From Chthonomonas calidirosea (GTDB taxonomy: Bacteria; Armatimonadota; Fimbriimonadia; Fimbriimonadales; Fimbriimonadaceae): 48,445 nucleotides of DNA. Made by a program: the position numbers and the translations under genes. Below, one piece after another: positions 28,179 to 37,860 of the stretch. The DNA lies in the NCBI GenBank assembly GCA_945859975.1, contig CAMAPH010000020.1:1-48445 (forward strand). The letters run 5' to 3'. The notes below the pieces were generated by a model. The model worked only from the letters and a program-made list of their open reading frames with translations, searched no databases and was not told where the DNA came from. Each line of letters opens with the position of its first letter. Positions within the stretch are counted from its first letter, which is position 1.

Positions 28179-29552
28179 CTACTGCGGCGCGGCGGCGGAG
28201 ATTCCCGGGAATCGACTATCGACCCGGGGTCTTCTATTTGGCGACCTAGCCACAACGTCTCCAGCACCTCGGTCAAACGAGGTGCCTCCGCCGTCATCCT
28301 GTAGGTTGGGACCAACGCTGTAGACGATGATCGAATCATCAAGCAGCTTTACAAGTAAGGGCTTCCCGGAGAATGGGTCAAGCCGCTCGCCTCGAAGCTT
28401 CTCCGTCACTACTTTTCGCTCTGCACGCGGAGTTGCGGCAATGAGGGCGAGCAACGAAACGCATCGAGAAAGGGCAACCGTTCGCGTCAAGGATGTTGGA
28501 ATCTGGTTGTAGTTCGGAATGGTTCGGGTAGCTAGCCATGCTTGCCAAGTCCGATCTTCCTCTCTCAGTTGGTCAATTTTTAGCAGCTCAATGCCCGCTT
28601 TCCCAAGATCGTCAACCGATCTCGGCGCGGCTTCAATGAGCGCTCGGTAACGGGCCAGCAGCTTAGCTTCCATCGCGTCTTGAACCGCTCCGAGCTTCAC
28701 CAGCTTGAAATTTCTAACAAAACGCTCTTCCGTGCCCTGCTCCTCAGGGGCTGGGACAGCATTCAGCCACTTGTCAGGATCGGATCGAAACCTCTTTGTC
28801 GCCAACTGGCCGAATGCGGGTTCATAGACAAGATAGATTCGAAGGTCTGGCAAGCTTGGAAAACTATCCAAGACACCCGCGACCTCGTTGAGAAACTTAG
28901 GGTGTTGCTCGTGCTCTCCGACGAGAGACATGCATTCGGCGAGAATTCGATTTCGGATCCCAGCTGCAACCAGCTGCGAACCCAGTGTGCGTTCCCTCCC
29001 AAAATGTGTTGACATGGCGAGCGCCGTTTGAATTTCGGAAATCGCACCATTAAAGTCACCCGCTTCGGCACGGCCACGGGCGCTGGTCATTAGCATTCGA
29101 GTGGCAACTGGAGCCTCCTCAAACTCGGGAACACCAACGGCGTTTCCGTTCGCTTCTCTCGAGAAGGCACAGTCCGGAAACTTCGCTGCGTCTCTGAACC
29201 TCTGGAGCGTCACTTCCGCGTTTTTCAGCGCGGCTGCTCTCTCCGCTACCGATACGGTTTCTCCATCAATCGATTCATTCGAATCAAGAACTTTGGACTG
29301 TCGCTCATCTTTGGCGAGCAAAAGTTGCATCGATCCGAAGGCCTTTCGGTAGGCGCCGGCCGCGTTGCTTTCGACCTGAATCTTCCGATTCAGTTCACTT
29401 GAATCCAGGATGCCCCCAACGGCTTTGATGGCTTCGCGTTCTCGTAAAAGCTGGGCTGAAGCTTGCGAAGCGTAGGCACCGTAACCAGCCGCAACAATAA
29501 CGGTAACGGCCCCGAGGCCAATGAGTACACCTTTTAATCGCTTGTCGCTCAT
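28179..29552 (-). CDS. Membrane-anchored helical hypothetical protein
   Basis: Single N-terminal TM segment and a C-terminal DPFSGKPL...YSVGPNLQDDGG motif like that of pseudopilin GspG C-termini. Confidence 0.65.
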   Translation of the reverse strand: MSDKRLKGVLIGLGAVTVIVAAGYGAYASQASAQLLREREAIKAVGGILDSSELNRKIQVESNAAGAYRKAFGSMQLLLAKDERQSKVLDSNESIDGETVSVAERAAALKNAEVTLQRFRDAAKFPDCAFSREANGNAVGVPEFEEAPVATRMLMTSARGRAEAGDFNGAISEIQTALAMSTHFGRERTLGSQLVAAGIRNRILAECMSLVGEHEQHPKFLNEVAGVLDSFPSLPDLRIYLVYEPAFGQLATKRFRSDPDKWLNAVPAPEEQGTEERFVRNFKLVKLGAVQDAMEAKLLARYRALIEAAPRSVDDLGKAGIELLKIDQLREEDRTWQAWLATRTIPNYNQIPTSLTRTVALSRCVSLLALIAATPRAERKVVTEKLRGERLDPFSGKPLLVKLLDDSIIVYSVGPNLQDDGGGTSFDRGAGDVVARSPNRRPRVDSRFPGISAAAPQ

Positions 29553-29606
29553 TCTCAGCCCGCGAGTCAGTACTCTCGCCCCCCAATCCTAGCCGAAATT
29601 GTTCCG

Positions 29607-29945
29607 CTACGCAACTCGCGCAACTTTCTGACGCGCGTAATTCGCGCTTTTATCGAGCCAGAACATAAAGACATCCATGTTGTCCAGCACGTCTCGCGGC
29701 ATCTTCACATACTCGCGCATCGGTTCCATGTCCGCGTCGGGCTTCATGGGTCCCGATCCGGGCAGCTTTAGCGCTTCTTCGATATCGTCCGGAGAAAGCT
29801 TGAACCCAATGTCTTCGCCAATCAGGAAGGCGAACATCTTTTCCCCGGTGTAGACGCCCATGCCACCGAACATACGGCGGGCACGGACATCATAGGCTTC
29901 TGCAGCCCGCATGATCTGCTCGTAACGAAGCGGTCGGTAGACCAT
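29607..29945 (-). CDS. TfoX/Sxy N-terminal domain protein
   Basis: RRMFGGMGVY...MFAFL...MREYV matches TfoX_N. Confidence 0.88.
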   Translation of the reverse strand: MVYRPLRYEQIMRAAEAYDVRARRMFGGMGVYTGEKMFAFLIGEDIGFKLSPDDIEEALKLPGSGPMKPDADMEPMREYVKMPRDVLDNMDVFMFWLDKSANYARQKVARVA

Positions 29946-30040
29946 GTTGAGTTCCCTTCAAGCCGTTGAACTGGACACCCCAATAGGGTTTCCACCGGGC
30001 CTCAAGCATTGTACCAAAGGTCGCCTTGGAACCCAAGTAC

Positions 30041-30604
30041 TTATTGTGTTGGGATCGAATCCGCCACAGGTCGAACTCGCGGTTCCAGCTGCGCAATGAT
30101 GTTTTGTCCCAGCGGGCCCACCGTTTGGGCACCAAACCCTGGCCTTGGCGATCCGGGCAACCAGGCAATAACGTCGGAAACGGGTACAGGGCCAAAGTTT
30201 CGAGAGTCCGAACTCTTTCTCAAGTTATCCCCTACGACGTAAATGTGATTCTCTGGCACCGTCGCGATCCGATAGTAGTCGGGCCCAAGGTTTTTTGAAG
30301 GAACAACTTCGACCATATCCCACAGTTCGCCCATCCGGGTCCATTGCAAGTACGAGTCGCCGCTCACAAAAGCAACCCGCTTCAACAGGACTCCGTTCTC
30401 GGTCTTCACCACCACGACATCGTCTCGTTTGAGCTGGGGCAACCGACGGTCGGCGACCACAAACTGCCAATCTCGGTAGGTTGGTGACATCGATTCGCCA
30501 CTCACCACCATTGGCCGATAGGGCTGCACCGTATATACGGCCAGCACTACTACGGCAGCAGCCAGAGCTTTGATTGAGTATTTGATTGACAGAACGTTCG
30601 TCAC
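30041..30604 (-). CDS. lepB: Signal peptidase I (S26)
   Basis: SGESMSPT (Ser), LLKRV (Lys) and GDNLRKSSDSRNFGPV. Confidence 0.9.
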   Translation of the reverse strand: MTNVLSIKYSIKALAAAVVVLAVYTVQPYRPMVVSGESMSPTYRDWQFVVADRRLPQLKRDDVVVVKTENGVLLKRVAFVSGDSYLQWTRMGELWDMVEVVPSKNLGPDYYRIATVPENHIYVVGDNLRKSSDSRNFGPVPVSDVIAWLPGSPRPGFGAQTVGPLGQNIIAQLEPRVRPVADSIPTQ

Positions 30605-30735
30605 TGTGATTCCCTATGCTTCGGGCTGGGAGTTGAATTCCGTCCCCGTGCTCGCTTACACGCAAATCATAGGGGCAGGTTCTCCCAAAGAACGCAGAAG
30701 CGGTAGAAAGGCCCACGTGAGCGGTAACGTAAGAC

Positions 30736-33318
30736 GTGGATCGTCGGCGTTTTGTTGTCATTGATGGGTATTCCCTCCTTTACCGAGCGTTCTTCGCGAC
30801 CCGCTATCTCAGCACGAGCGACGGCCGGCCCACCAATGCGCTGTTCGGCTTCACCTCGATGCTTTTCAACCTTTTCGAAAAGCTCGAGCCGGTCGCCATC
30901 GTCGTTGCCCTAGATGCCCCGGTCAAAACATTTCGGCACGATGCGTTTGCCGAATACAAAGGAACGCGAAAGGAAACCGCCGACGAACTGAAAGTTCAGC
31001 TCCACGATGCACGCGAACTGATCGCTGCGCTTGGGATCCCCAGTATCGAAGTCCCGGGCTATGAAGCCGATGACGTCGTCGGAACGCTCTCGAAACTGGC
31101 CGAAGATCACGGTTACGACACCACGATTGTCACCGGCGACCTCGATTCGCTTCAGCTTGTCGACGATTGCGTGTCGGTCCTGACCCTAAAGACCGGCGTT
31201 ACGGATACGGTCACCTACGATCCTGCCGCCGTGGTCGAACGATATGGCTTCGGTCCCGAGTTTGTGCCCGACTTCAAGGCGATCAAAGGCGATACCAGCG
31301 ACAACATCCCCGGCGTTCCGGGCATCGGTGACAAGGGAGCGGCGGAGCTGATTAACTCTTTCGGCACCATCGAAAACATGCTCGAGAAGTGGACCGAGCT
31401 TCCGGAGAAATACCGAAAGAAGATGGACGGCAATCAAGAGCAAATGCGCCAAAGCAAGTGGCTCGCCACCATCGTTCGCGGAGTGCCGCTGGAGTACGGT
31501 TTCGAACCGTACGTCCTGAGCAATGAGGCCATGGAAGCGGCTGTTGCCATGATGGACAAGCTCGAGTTCCGCGGCCTCGTGAAACGTGCTCCAGGTGTGC
31601 TCGGCAAGTACCTAGAGGGTGCCGCCGACCGCGAACCGGTTGTACAAGTCGTCGAAGAGGCGCTGTCCGTTCGGGAAGAAAAGTTCACATCGGGAGATGA
31701 GCTTGCCGACTTTGTCGGCGACGGCGAATTCTCCATCTTCCTGCCCGCAGGCGTTGCTCGCCAAGACCTCTTTGACGAGCCGGAGCGATGGGCATTTGTC
31801 GGCTCTGGTGATGCTGCCGCGGAGGTCCCTGAAGCTTTGGCACTCGAGCTTCTCGCCAAGAATCCGGAGCGAGCAATCCTTCATGATGCGAAGCCTGTCA
31901 TTCGGCGCTTGGGTCAAGAGCTGACGCCCGGCTTTGACACGATGCTTGCCGCCTTTGTGCTTCGGTCGGAGCGGTCCAACTACCCGCTGCGCGAACTCGT
32001 GCAGGGCTACCTGGAGGTTGCTCCGCCGAGCACGGGAGCGCAGATGGCAGTCGGACTCTATCAAGTCCGCCGGGTCTTAACTGACCGCCTAGAAAAGGAA
32101 GGTCAGCTTTCGGTGCTCACCGGCATCGAGCAGCCGCTGATCCCAATCCTAGCGAAGATGGAGAAGCTGGGCATTGCGGCCGATAAGACGCAGTTCCGAG
32201 AGTTTTCCGCGACCCTTTTGATCGAAATCGAGCGACTTACGGCAACCATTCACAAGCTCGCAGGCCGAGAGTTCACCATCGGTTCGCCCAAGCAGTTGGG
32301 TGAAGTGCTCTTCGATGAGTTGAAACTGCCCGGCGCACAAAAGACGAAGACCGGCTACGCGACTGGCGTTGAAGTTTTGGGTGACCTCGCGGCCGAGCAT
32401 GAAATTGTCGCGGAAGTCTTGAACTGGCGTGAGCTTACGAAGCTGAAGTCGACCTATGCCGACGCGCTGGAGCGGATGGTGCGGGAAGACGGACGGATCC
32501 ACACGACCTACCACCAGACCGGCGCCGCCACCGGACGTCTGTCTTCCAACGACCCCAACCTGCAAAACATCCCGATTCGGACCGAGCTTGGCCGTGGCAT
32601 TCGCAAGGCGTTCAAAGCTGCCCCAGGCTACACGCTCGCATCGCTGGACTACAGCCAAATCGAACTCCGAGTCCTTGCCCACCTATGCGAAGAGCCCCAA
32701 CTCGTGCGGGCCTTCAACGAGCGCGAAGACGTTCACACCGTCACCGCACAGGCGATGTTCCCTGGTGAAGCCGTTTCGAAAGAGAAGCGACGTCTGGCAA
32801 AAATGCTCAACTACGCGGTTCTGTACGGAGTTACCGAGTTCGGCTTGGCGCAGCAGCTCGGGATCGGCTTCGGCGTAAGCGAAGCCCGGGAGCTCATCAA
32901 GCAATACAACGAGCGATTCCCAAGCGTGAAGGAGTTCACGCAGTCGATCATCGCCGAGGCGAAGTCCAAGGGCTTCACGACGACGTTGCGCGGCCGCCGT
33001 CGGTACTTCCCGGACATTCATGCCAGCCGACTCAACGACCGAAAGTACGCCGAGCGACAGGCAATGAACGCTCCCATCCAAGGCACCGCCGCGGACATGA
33101 TGAAGCTGGCAATGCTCAAATGCTCAGCTGTCCTGGCGGATTCGCCTTCTCGAATGCTGCTGAACGTGCACGACGAAATCGTTTTCGAAATTGCAGACGG
33201 CGATGAGGCAGTGGTCGCAAAGCTCCGCGATGCCATGGAACAGGCTCTGCCGCTCAGCGTTCCTGTAGAAGTCGATGCCAAGCTCGGTGAAAACTGGAAC
33301 GAGATGACGGTCGTTTGA
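30736..33318 (+). CDS. polA: DNA polymerase I
   Basis: 5'-3' exonuclease motifs (IDGYSLLYRAFFA, GYEADD, GDTSDNIPGV), TGRLSS.DPNLQNIP, motif A DYSQIELR, motif B RRLAKMLNYAVLYG and motif C VHDE. Confidence 0.99.
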   Translation: MDRRRFVVIDGYSLLYRAFFATRYLSTSDGRPTNALFGFTSMLFNLFEKLEPVAIVVALDAPVKTFRHDAFAEYKGTRKETADELKVQLHDARELIAALGIPSIEVPGYEADDVVGTLSKLAEDHGYDTTIVTGDLDSLQLVDDCVSVLTLKTGVTDTVTYDPAAVVERYGFGPEFVPDFKAIKGDTSDNIPGVPGIGDKGAAELINSFGTIENMLEKWTELPEKYRKKMDGNQEQMRQSKWLATIVRGVPLEYGFEPYVLSNEAMEAAVAMMDKLEFRGLVKRAPGVLGKYLEGAADREPVVQVVEEALSVREEKFTSGDELADFVGDGEFSIFLPAGVARQDLFDEPERWAFVGSGDAAAEVPEALALELLAKNPERAILHDAKPVIRRLGQELTPGFDTMLAAFVLRSERSNYPLRELVQGYLEVAPPSTGAQMAVGLYQVRRVLTDRLEKEGQLSVLTGIEQPLIPILAKMEKLGIAADKTQFREFSATLLIEIERLTATIHKLAGREFTIGSPKQLGEVLFDELKLPGAQKTKTGYATGVEVLGDLAAEHEIVAEVLNWRELTKLKSTYADALERMVREDGRIHTTYHQTGAATGRLSSNDPNLQNIPIRTELGRGIRKAFKAAPGYTLASLDYSQIELRVLAHLCEEPQLVRAFNEREDVHTVTAQAMFPGEAVSKEKRRLAKMLNYAVLYGVTEFGLAQQLGIGFGVSEARELIKQYNERFPSVKEFTQSIIAEAKSKGFTTTLRGRRRYFPDIHASRLNDRKYAERQAMNAPIQGTAADMMKLAMLKCSAVLADSPSRMLLNVHDEIVFEIADGDEAVVAKLRDAMEQALPLSVPVEVDAKLGENWNEMTVV

Positions 33319-33335
33319 CCTGCGGCGTGATTTAG

Positions 33336-34163
33336 CTAGCCCGGGCGGCGGGGCTCGACTGGTTGCAGAATTGTACGTCGCTCTGGCGATAGTCGGTCGA
33401 GTAACGCGGCCGAGTACTCATAGCCAAACCGCGTCGCACCCCAGCAGACGCCGTAGCGATAGATCGTGATCCGTCTCTCGCCGGGATTGGTTCGGCTGCT
33501 GCCTCCGTGCATCAGGCCGTCCACGAAAAGTAAAGCGTCTCCTCGATCCAGATAGACCGGAATCGCGCCCGGCAAAGCATCCATTCGGTCGCCGCGGCCA
33601 TAGTCGCCCGCAAGTGGATGCGGGAAGTTGCTCTTATGGCTGCCTGGAATCACCATGGTAGGGCCGTCGCCCTCGTGGATGTCTGTCAAGGCCAGAATGA
33701 CGTTGACCTGCCCGCAACGGAAAACCCCGTGCTCGTAGCGATACGCGCCTCGTAGCGCGCCTTGGAAGCCCCCGGAATGAACCGGGTGATGGCCACCCTC
33801 GGTGCGCACGGACAGGATGCATTCGTCCAAGAACAGCCCCTGCACATAGCTTCCTTCCTCGCCGCACCAATGACGGGCGTAGTTCACCCAAGACGGATGA
33901 TCGATCAGCTCCTCAAACGGCTCGCCAAGCTCGACCGCGTTGTGCATCTCGAGGCCCGTTTCTTTGGTGTAATCGCGGCGCTGCGCATTGCCAATCCATT
34001 CGCCAAATTCCACCGAAGGCAAGGCGTCAATCGCCGAATTGATTCGGTCCACCAGTTCCGCAGGAGCCGCTTGGCGAAGCACCAAGTAGCCATTCAGATC
34101 GAAAAAGAAGTCGTCCAACGCACTTGGATGTCGCGGTTCCACGCCTTCCAGTCTAGTGCTCAA
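33336..34163 (-). CDS. Phytanoyl-CoA dioxygenase (PhyH) family Fe(II)/2-oxoglutarate enzyme
   Basis: FDLNGYLVL, ALTDIHEGDGPTMVIPGSHK and GDALLF..LMHG..N...RR. Confidence 0.9.
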   Translation of the reverse strand: MSTRLEGVEPRHPSALDDFFFDLNGYLVLRQAAPAELVDRINSAIDALPSVEFGEWIGNAQRRDYTKETGLEMHNAVELGEPFEELIDHPSWVNYARHWCGEEGSYVQGLFLDECILSVRTEGGHHPVHSGGFQGALRGAYRYEHGVFRCGQVNVILALTDIHEGDGPTMVIPGSHKSNFPHPLAGDYGRGDRMDALPGAIPVYLDRGDALLFVDGLMHGGSSRTNPGERRITIYRYGVCWGATRFGYEYSAALLDRLSPERRTILQPVEPRRPG

Positions 34164-34181
34164 AACCGAGCTTGAACAGGG

Positions 34182-36944
34182 CTAGCCGGTACTTTGCATT
34201 GCTGCGGCAAGGCCAGCGATCGTTTGCAACATCGCTTCTCGCCAAGGGCCGGACTGCTGCTCGTCACTCAGGTCACCCCAGGCTCGCATCAGATAGATCT
34301 GCATCATCGAAAGCGGCATCACCGCCGGATTTCGGAAGTGGATCGTGTTGCGAACCACCGTTGCTTCAGACAGAAGGTGTTTCTGCTCCGTGATCAATAG
34401 GATGGCTTCGACACTTCGGGCATATTCCTCATCGATCAGGCGCTGAACGTCGGCAACTTCGGGATCGGAAATGTGCTCGGCGTATTTTCTCGCCGTTTCC
34501 AGGTGAGCTCGAGCCAACTCCAGTTGGGCATTCGCGATGACGGTACGGAAGAACGGCCATTCTCTCGCCATCTTCTGCAGCGTTGTTCGACCATCTTCGG
34601 TGGCGGTCATCTCGGCGAGGGCCGTCCCAATGCCGTACCAGCCCACTACCGTCGCGCGATTTTGCACCCAGGCAAAGTTCCAAGGAATGGCTCGCAAGCC
34701 TTCGATGCCGGAAATGGCCTGCCCCGGTCGGAAAACTGGCCGCGAGGCGATCGGCAGCAATGCGATGTGCTCGATCGGAGTCGCCTGAGTGTAGAAATCC
34801 CAGAACTTTGGATGATCGTAAACCAGCGCCCGATATTTGGCTCGGCTGGTCTCCGAAAGCTTCTGCATGATCTCACGGTATTCCGTTTCCGGGTTCACCT
34901 TCGCCGGTACGTGCGGCTGGGCGGCAAGCAGTCCGGCCGAAACAATCTGCTCCAAGTGTCGGTGCGCAATCGGCGGTAGGGCATAGCGGAAGCTGATGAC
35001 TTCGCCTTGCTCGGTGAATCGAATGCGCCCCTGGAAGGTGCCCTCGGGCTGCGATAGGATGGCGCGGTTTGCGCGACCGCCGCCTCGTCCAACCGTTCCT
35101 CCCCGACCATGGAAAAGCCGGATGCTAACTCCTGTTTCTCGTTGCACCGCCGCCACTTCGGCCAACGTTTGCTGCAGGTACCAGTTCGCCGCCAAGAAAC
35201 CGCCGTCTTTGCTGGAGTCGCTGTATCCCAGCATCACTTCCTGAACATTTCCGCGGAGTTCGACGTGCTCTTTGTAGAGCGGCAAGCTCAACAATTCGCG
35301 AAGGAGACCGCCAGAACGCTGTAGGTCGTCGATGGTTTCAAACAGCGGAACCACGTCTAGGCTTACTCCGGCTTCCTTGGCAAACACCAGAACCTCCAGG
35401 ATGTCGCTGAGGCCGTGGGTCATCGAAACGATATAAGTTTCCGCCGCAATCTTTCCTAATTCCCGATGGGAACGGCTGAGGATGGTAAAGACATCGAGCA
35501 CCCGGTGGAGCGCTTCGCTTTTCTCGCAATTCTGAGGAAGCAGCGGTCTTGGATTCTGAATTTCCTGCTCCAGAAGCCGGACCTTTTCTTCTTCGGGAAG
35601 CAGCGCATAGTCTTGCGGGCTGGCGAGCACTCCGCCAAGCGCGAGCATTTCACCCAAACCAATCGCATGCTCGTCGCTGTGCTGACGAACGTCCAGGGAT
35701 GCCAGGTGGAAACCAAAAATTTCGACTTGCCGAATCAAATGCGGCAATTGACCATCCACCGCGAGAACTTCGGCAGAGTTGTCCCGAAGGCTCTCCTGAA
35801 CGATCCGCAGATCGGCCACGAACTCTTCCGGAGAATGGTATGCGTTCGGGAATCCGTCTCGACGCCCGGTAGATTTCATCGCGATCGCTTGGTCCAGCGT
35901 TGCCTGAAGCCGCATTTCGCAGCCGAGCAAGAGCAACACGTACGGCTCTTGAGCGTATCGATCTTTGGAGATTCGGCTGTACGGAAGCTTCTCGAAGTAG
36001 TCGCCCAAACGATCGATCAGTTCAGGGCTAACGTTCATTAACTTGACGCTTTGCGTCAGAGTCTTACGCAAAGTCTCGGTACTGCGAACGTAAACTTCCA
36101 GGACCAAACGCCGGTGTTCTAGCAACGTGTTCCAAGTGGTTTCCGGAGTCACGTTCGGATTACCATCGCGGTCTCCGCCCACCCACGAGCGGTAACGCAT
36201 CACCACCGGGCAGGATCGTTGCTCGCCTGGGAACACCTCCGCGAAGGCGAGATCAAGGTCGCGATGCAGCCATGGCACCACGTCCAAAATGGTTCGTTCG
36301 AAGAAGTAGAGCGCGTTGCGAACTTCCTCGTCTACGGTCAGACGAGTTCCGCGCATCTCGTCGGTTTGCCAAAGCTGGGTTAGGAGTCGTTCAACTTCGC
36401 CTAACGATGTGCCGACCGCGTCCAGCTTTTCTTGAAGGGATGGCGGTGCTTCCGCTTCCGCAAGGCAGATGGCGATGGCTTGAAGTTTGTCGAGAACCGA
36501 CTTACGTTTCGCTTCGGTTGGGTGCGCGGTCAGGGTCGGAACAATTTCGAGCCCTTGGATCAGAGACATCACTTCGTCGGCGCTGTGGCCACGGGCCTTC
36601 AGCTGGTACATCGCCTCCAAAATGGATTCGCGGCGAATGCCCTTCCGCGACCGGTTGACTCGCACAATCTCCTTCTGTTCGGCGACGTTCAGAAGCTGGA
36701 ACAGCACGGTGAACGCTCGCGCAAGATCGCGAACAAAAATCGGGTCGCGAAACTCGACTTGCGCGCCAAATGGAGCGTCTTTCGTAGACAAAAGCTGCCG
36801 AGCGAGATCAATGAGTCGGTCCTGTCCTTGGGAGGACAGGACCTTGCCAAGCATTCGATCCAGAGTTCGGAGATCATGCGAGAGCTCCGGGCTTAGCCCG
36901 TAAGATTCGGGCTCAATGTTCAAAAAGGATCGATGGCTTGGCAT
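34182..36944 (-). CDS. ppc: Phosphoenolpyruvate carboxylase
   Basis: LTAHPTE, WVGGDRDGNP, VPLFETI, QEVMLGYSDSSKDGG, FHGRGGTVGRGG and LRAIPW. Confidence 0.98.
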   Translation of the reverse strand: MPSHRSFLNIEPESYGLSPELSHDLRTLDRMLGKVLSSQGQDRLIDLARQLLSTKDAPFGAQVEFRDPIFVRDLARAFTVLFQLLNVAEQKEIVRVNRSRKGIRRESILEAMYQLKARGHSADEVMSLIQGLEIVPTLTAHPTEAKRKSVLDKLQAIAICLAEAEAPPSLQEKLDAVGTSLGEVERLLTQLWQTDEMRGTRLTVDEEVRNALYFFERTILDVVPWLHRDLDLAFAEVFPGEQRSCPVVMRYRSWVGGDRDGNPNVTPETTWNTLLEHRRLVLEVYVRSTETLRKTLTQSVKLMNVSPELIDRLGDYFEKLPYSRISKDRYAQEPYVLLLLGCEMRLQATLDQAIAMKSTGRRDGFPNAYHSPEEFVADLRIVQESLRDNSAEVLAVDGQLPHLIRQVEIFGFHLASLDVRQHSDEHAIGLGEMLALGGVLASPQDYALLPEEEKVRLLEQEIQNPRPLLPQNCEKSEALHRVLDVFTILSRSHRELGKIAAETYIVSMTHGLSDILEVLVFAKEAGVSLDVVPLFETIDDLQRSGGLLRELLSLPLYKEHVELRGNVQEVMLGYSDSSKDGGFLAANWYLQQTLAEVAAVQRETGVSIRLFHGRGGTVGRGGGRANRAILSQPEGTFQGRIRFTEQGEVISFRYALPPIAHRHLEQIVSAGLLAAQPHVPAKVNPETEYREIMQKLSETSRAKYRALVYDHPKFWDFYTQATPIEHIALLPIASRPVFRPGQAISGIEGLRAIPWNFAWVQNRATVVGWYGIGTALAEMTATEDGRTTLQKMAREWPFFRTVIANAQLELARAHLETARKYAEHISDPEVADVQRLIDEEYARSVEAILLITEQKHLLSEATVVRNTIHFRNPAVMPLSMMQIYLMRAWGDLSDEQQSGPWREAMLQTIAGLAAAMQSTG

Positions 36945-36954
36945 GAGAATCGGC

Positions 36955-37821
36955 TCAGCAACTTGCTAAGTAAGCGCCGCTGGCCAGAAGACCGGCCTTT
37001 TCGCCTTCTTCCGAGCCATTGAAGTTCTCATCTTCGAGTTCAATGCTTACCATTCCATCGTAGCCGGATTTTTCCAAGATTCGGAAAACTTCGACCCATC
37101 GAGTTTCGCCGTGACCAGGGATGGTGTATCGCCAAGAGGCCCCGCCGAATCCATGCTCCGCGCCAAATGTCGACTGCTGCTCATATCCGTACTCGTATTG
37201 AGCCTCGGCCATCACTTCCGTGTCCTTTCCGTGGACATGGTAGACGCGATCTTTGAACTCATGCAGGAAGCGAATCGGATCGATTCCCATTCGGATCAAG
37301 TGCGACGGATCGTAGTTGATGCCGATCGCCATTGAGCCAACCGCTTCGAAGGTCGCGCGGTAGGTTTCTGGGGTGCAACAAAGCGCGCCGGCGCCAGGCC
37401 AGCCTTCCATCACAAGTCGGCCGTTATTGGCCTCAAGAATTGGAGCAAGCGCCTTCAGGCCAAGCACCATCGAATCGAAGTTGTCCTTGCGAGGTCGCGC
37501 CGCATCGGCAGGGAGCATGACGGTGAAGTAGTTGCGAATCCCGTGACCCCCGAAAGCCGTGATCTTGGTTTCAAGGGCGGCGACGGCGGCGGCACGCTTT
37601 TCTTCATCGGCGCTCATCAGGTCGGAAGAAAAGGCATCGACCGATCCGACGGTAAGCCCAGCGGAGAGAATGGCTTCGGCATCGGCGACTTCGTTGCCAA
37701 TATCGATCCCGCCAAAGCCGTTCTCTTTGGCAAAACTGATAACCGAGGAAATGTCCTTTTGCCAGTCAGACCAGCCTCGTCGGAAGCCGATAGGAAATGA
37801 ACCAGTTCGAGTTGCAAGCAT
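36955..37821 (-). CDS. Sugar phosphate isomerase/epimerase (xylose isomerase-like TIM barrel)
   Basis: INYDPSHL, HVHGKD, RYTIPGHG and GYDGMVSIELED. ATG 37821. Confidence 0.9.
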   Translation of the reverse strand: MLATRTGSFPIGFRRGWSDWQKDISSVISFAKENGFGGIDIGNEVADAEAILSAGLTVGSVDAFSSDLMSADEEKRAAAVAALETKITAFGGHGIRNYFTVMLPADAARPRKDNFDSMVLGLKALAPILEANNGRLVMEGWPGAGALCCTPETYRATFEAVGSMAIGINYDPSHLIRMGIDPIRFLHEFKDRVYHVHGKDTEVMAEAQYEYGYEQQSTFGAEHGFGGASWRYTIPGHGETRWVEVFRILEKSGYDGMVSIELEDENFNGSEEGEKAGLLASGAYLASC

Positions 37822-37860
37822 CGTGGGAGACGATACCGGACAACCAACCATAATTCAGGG

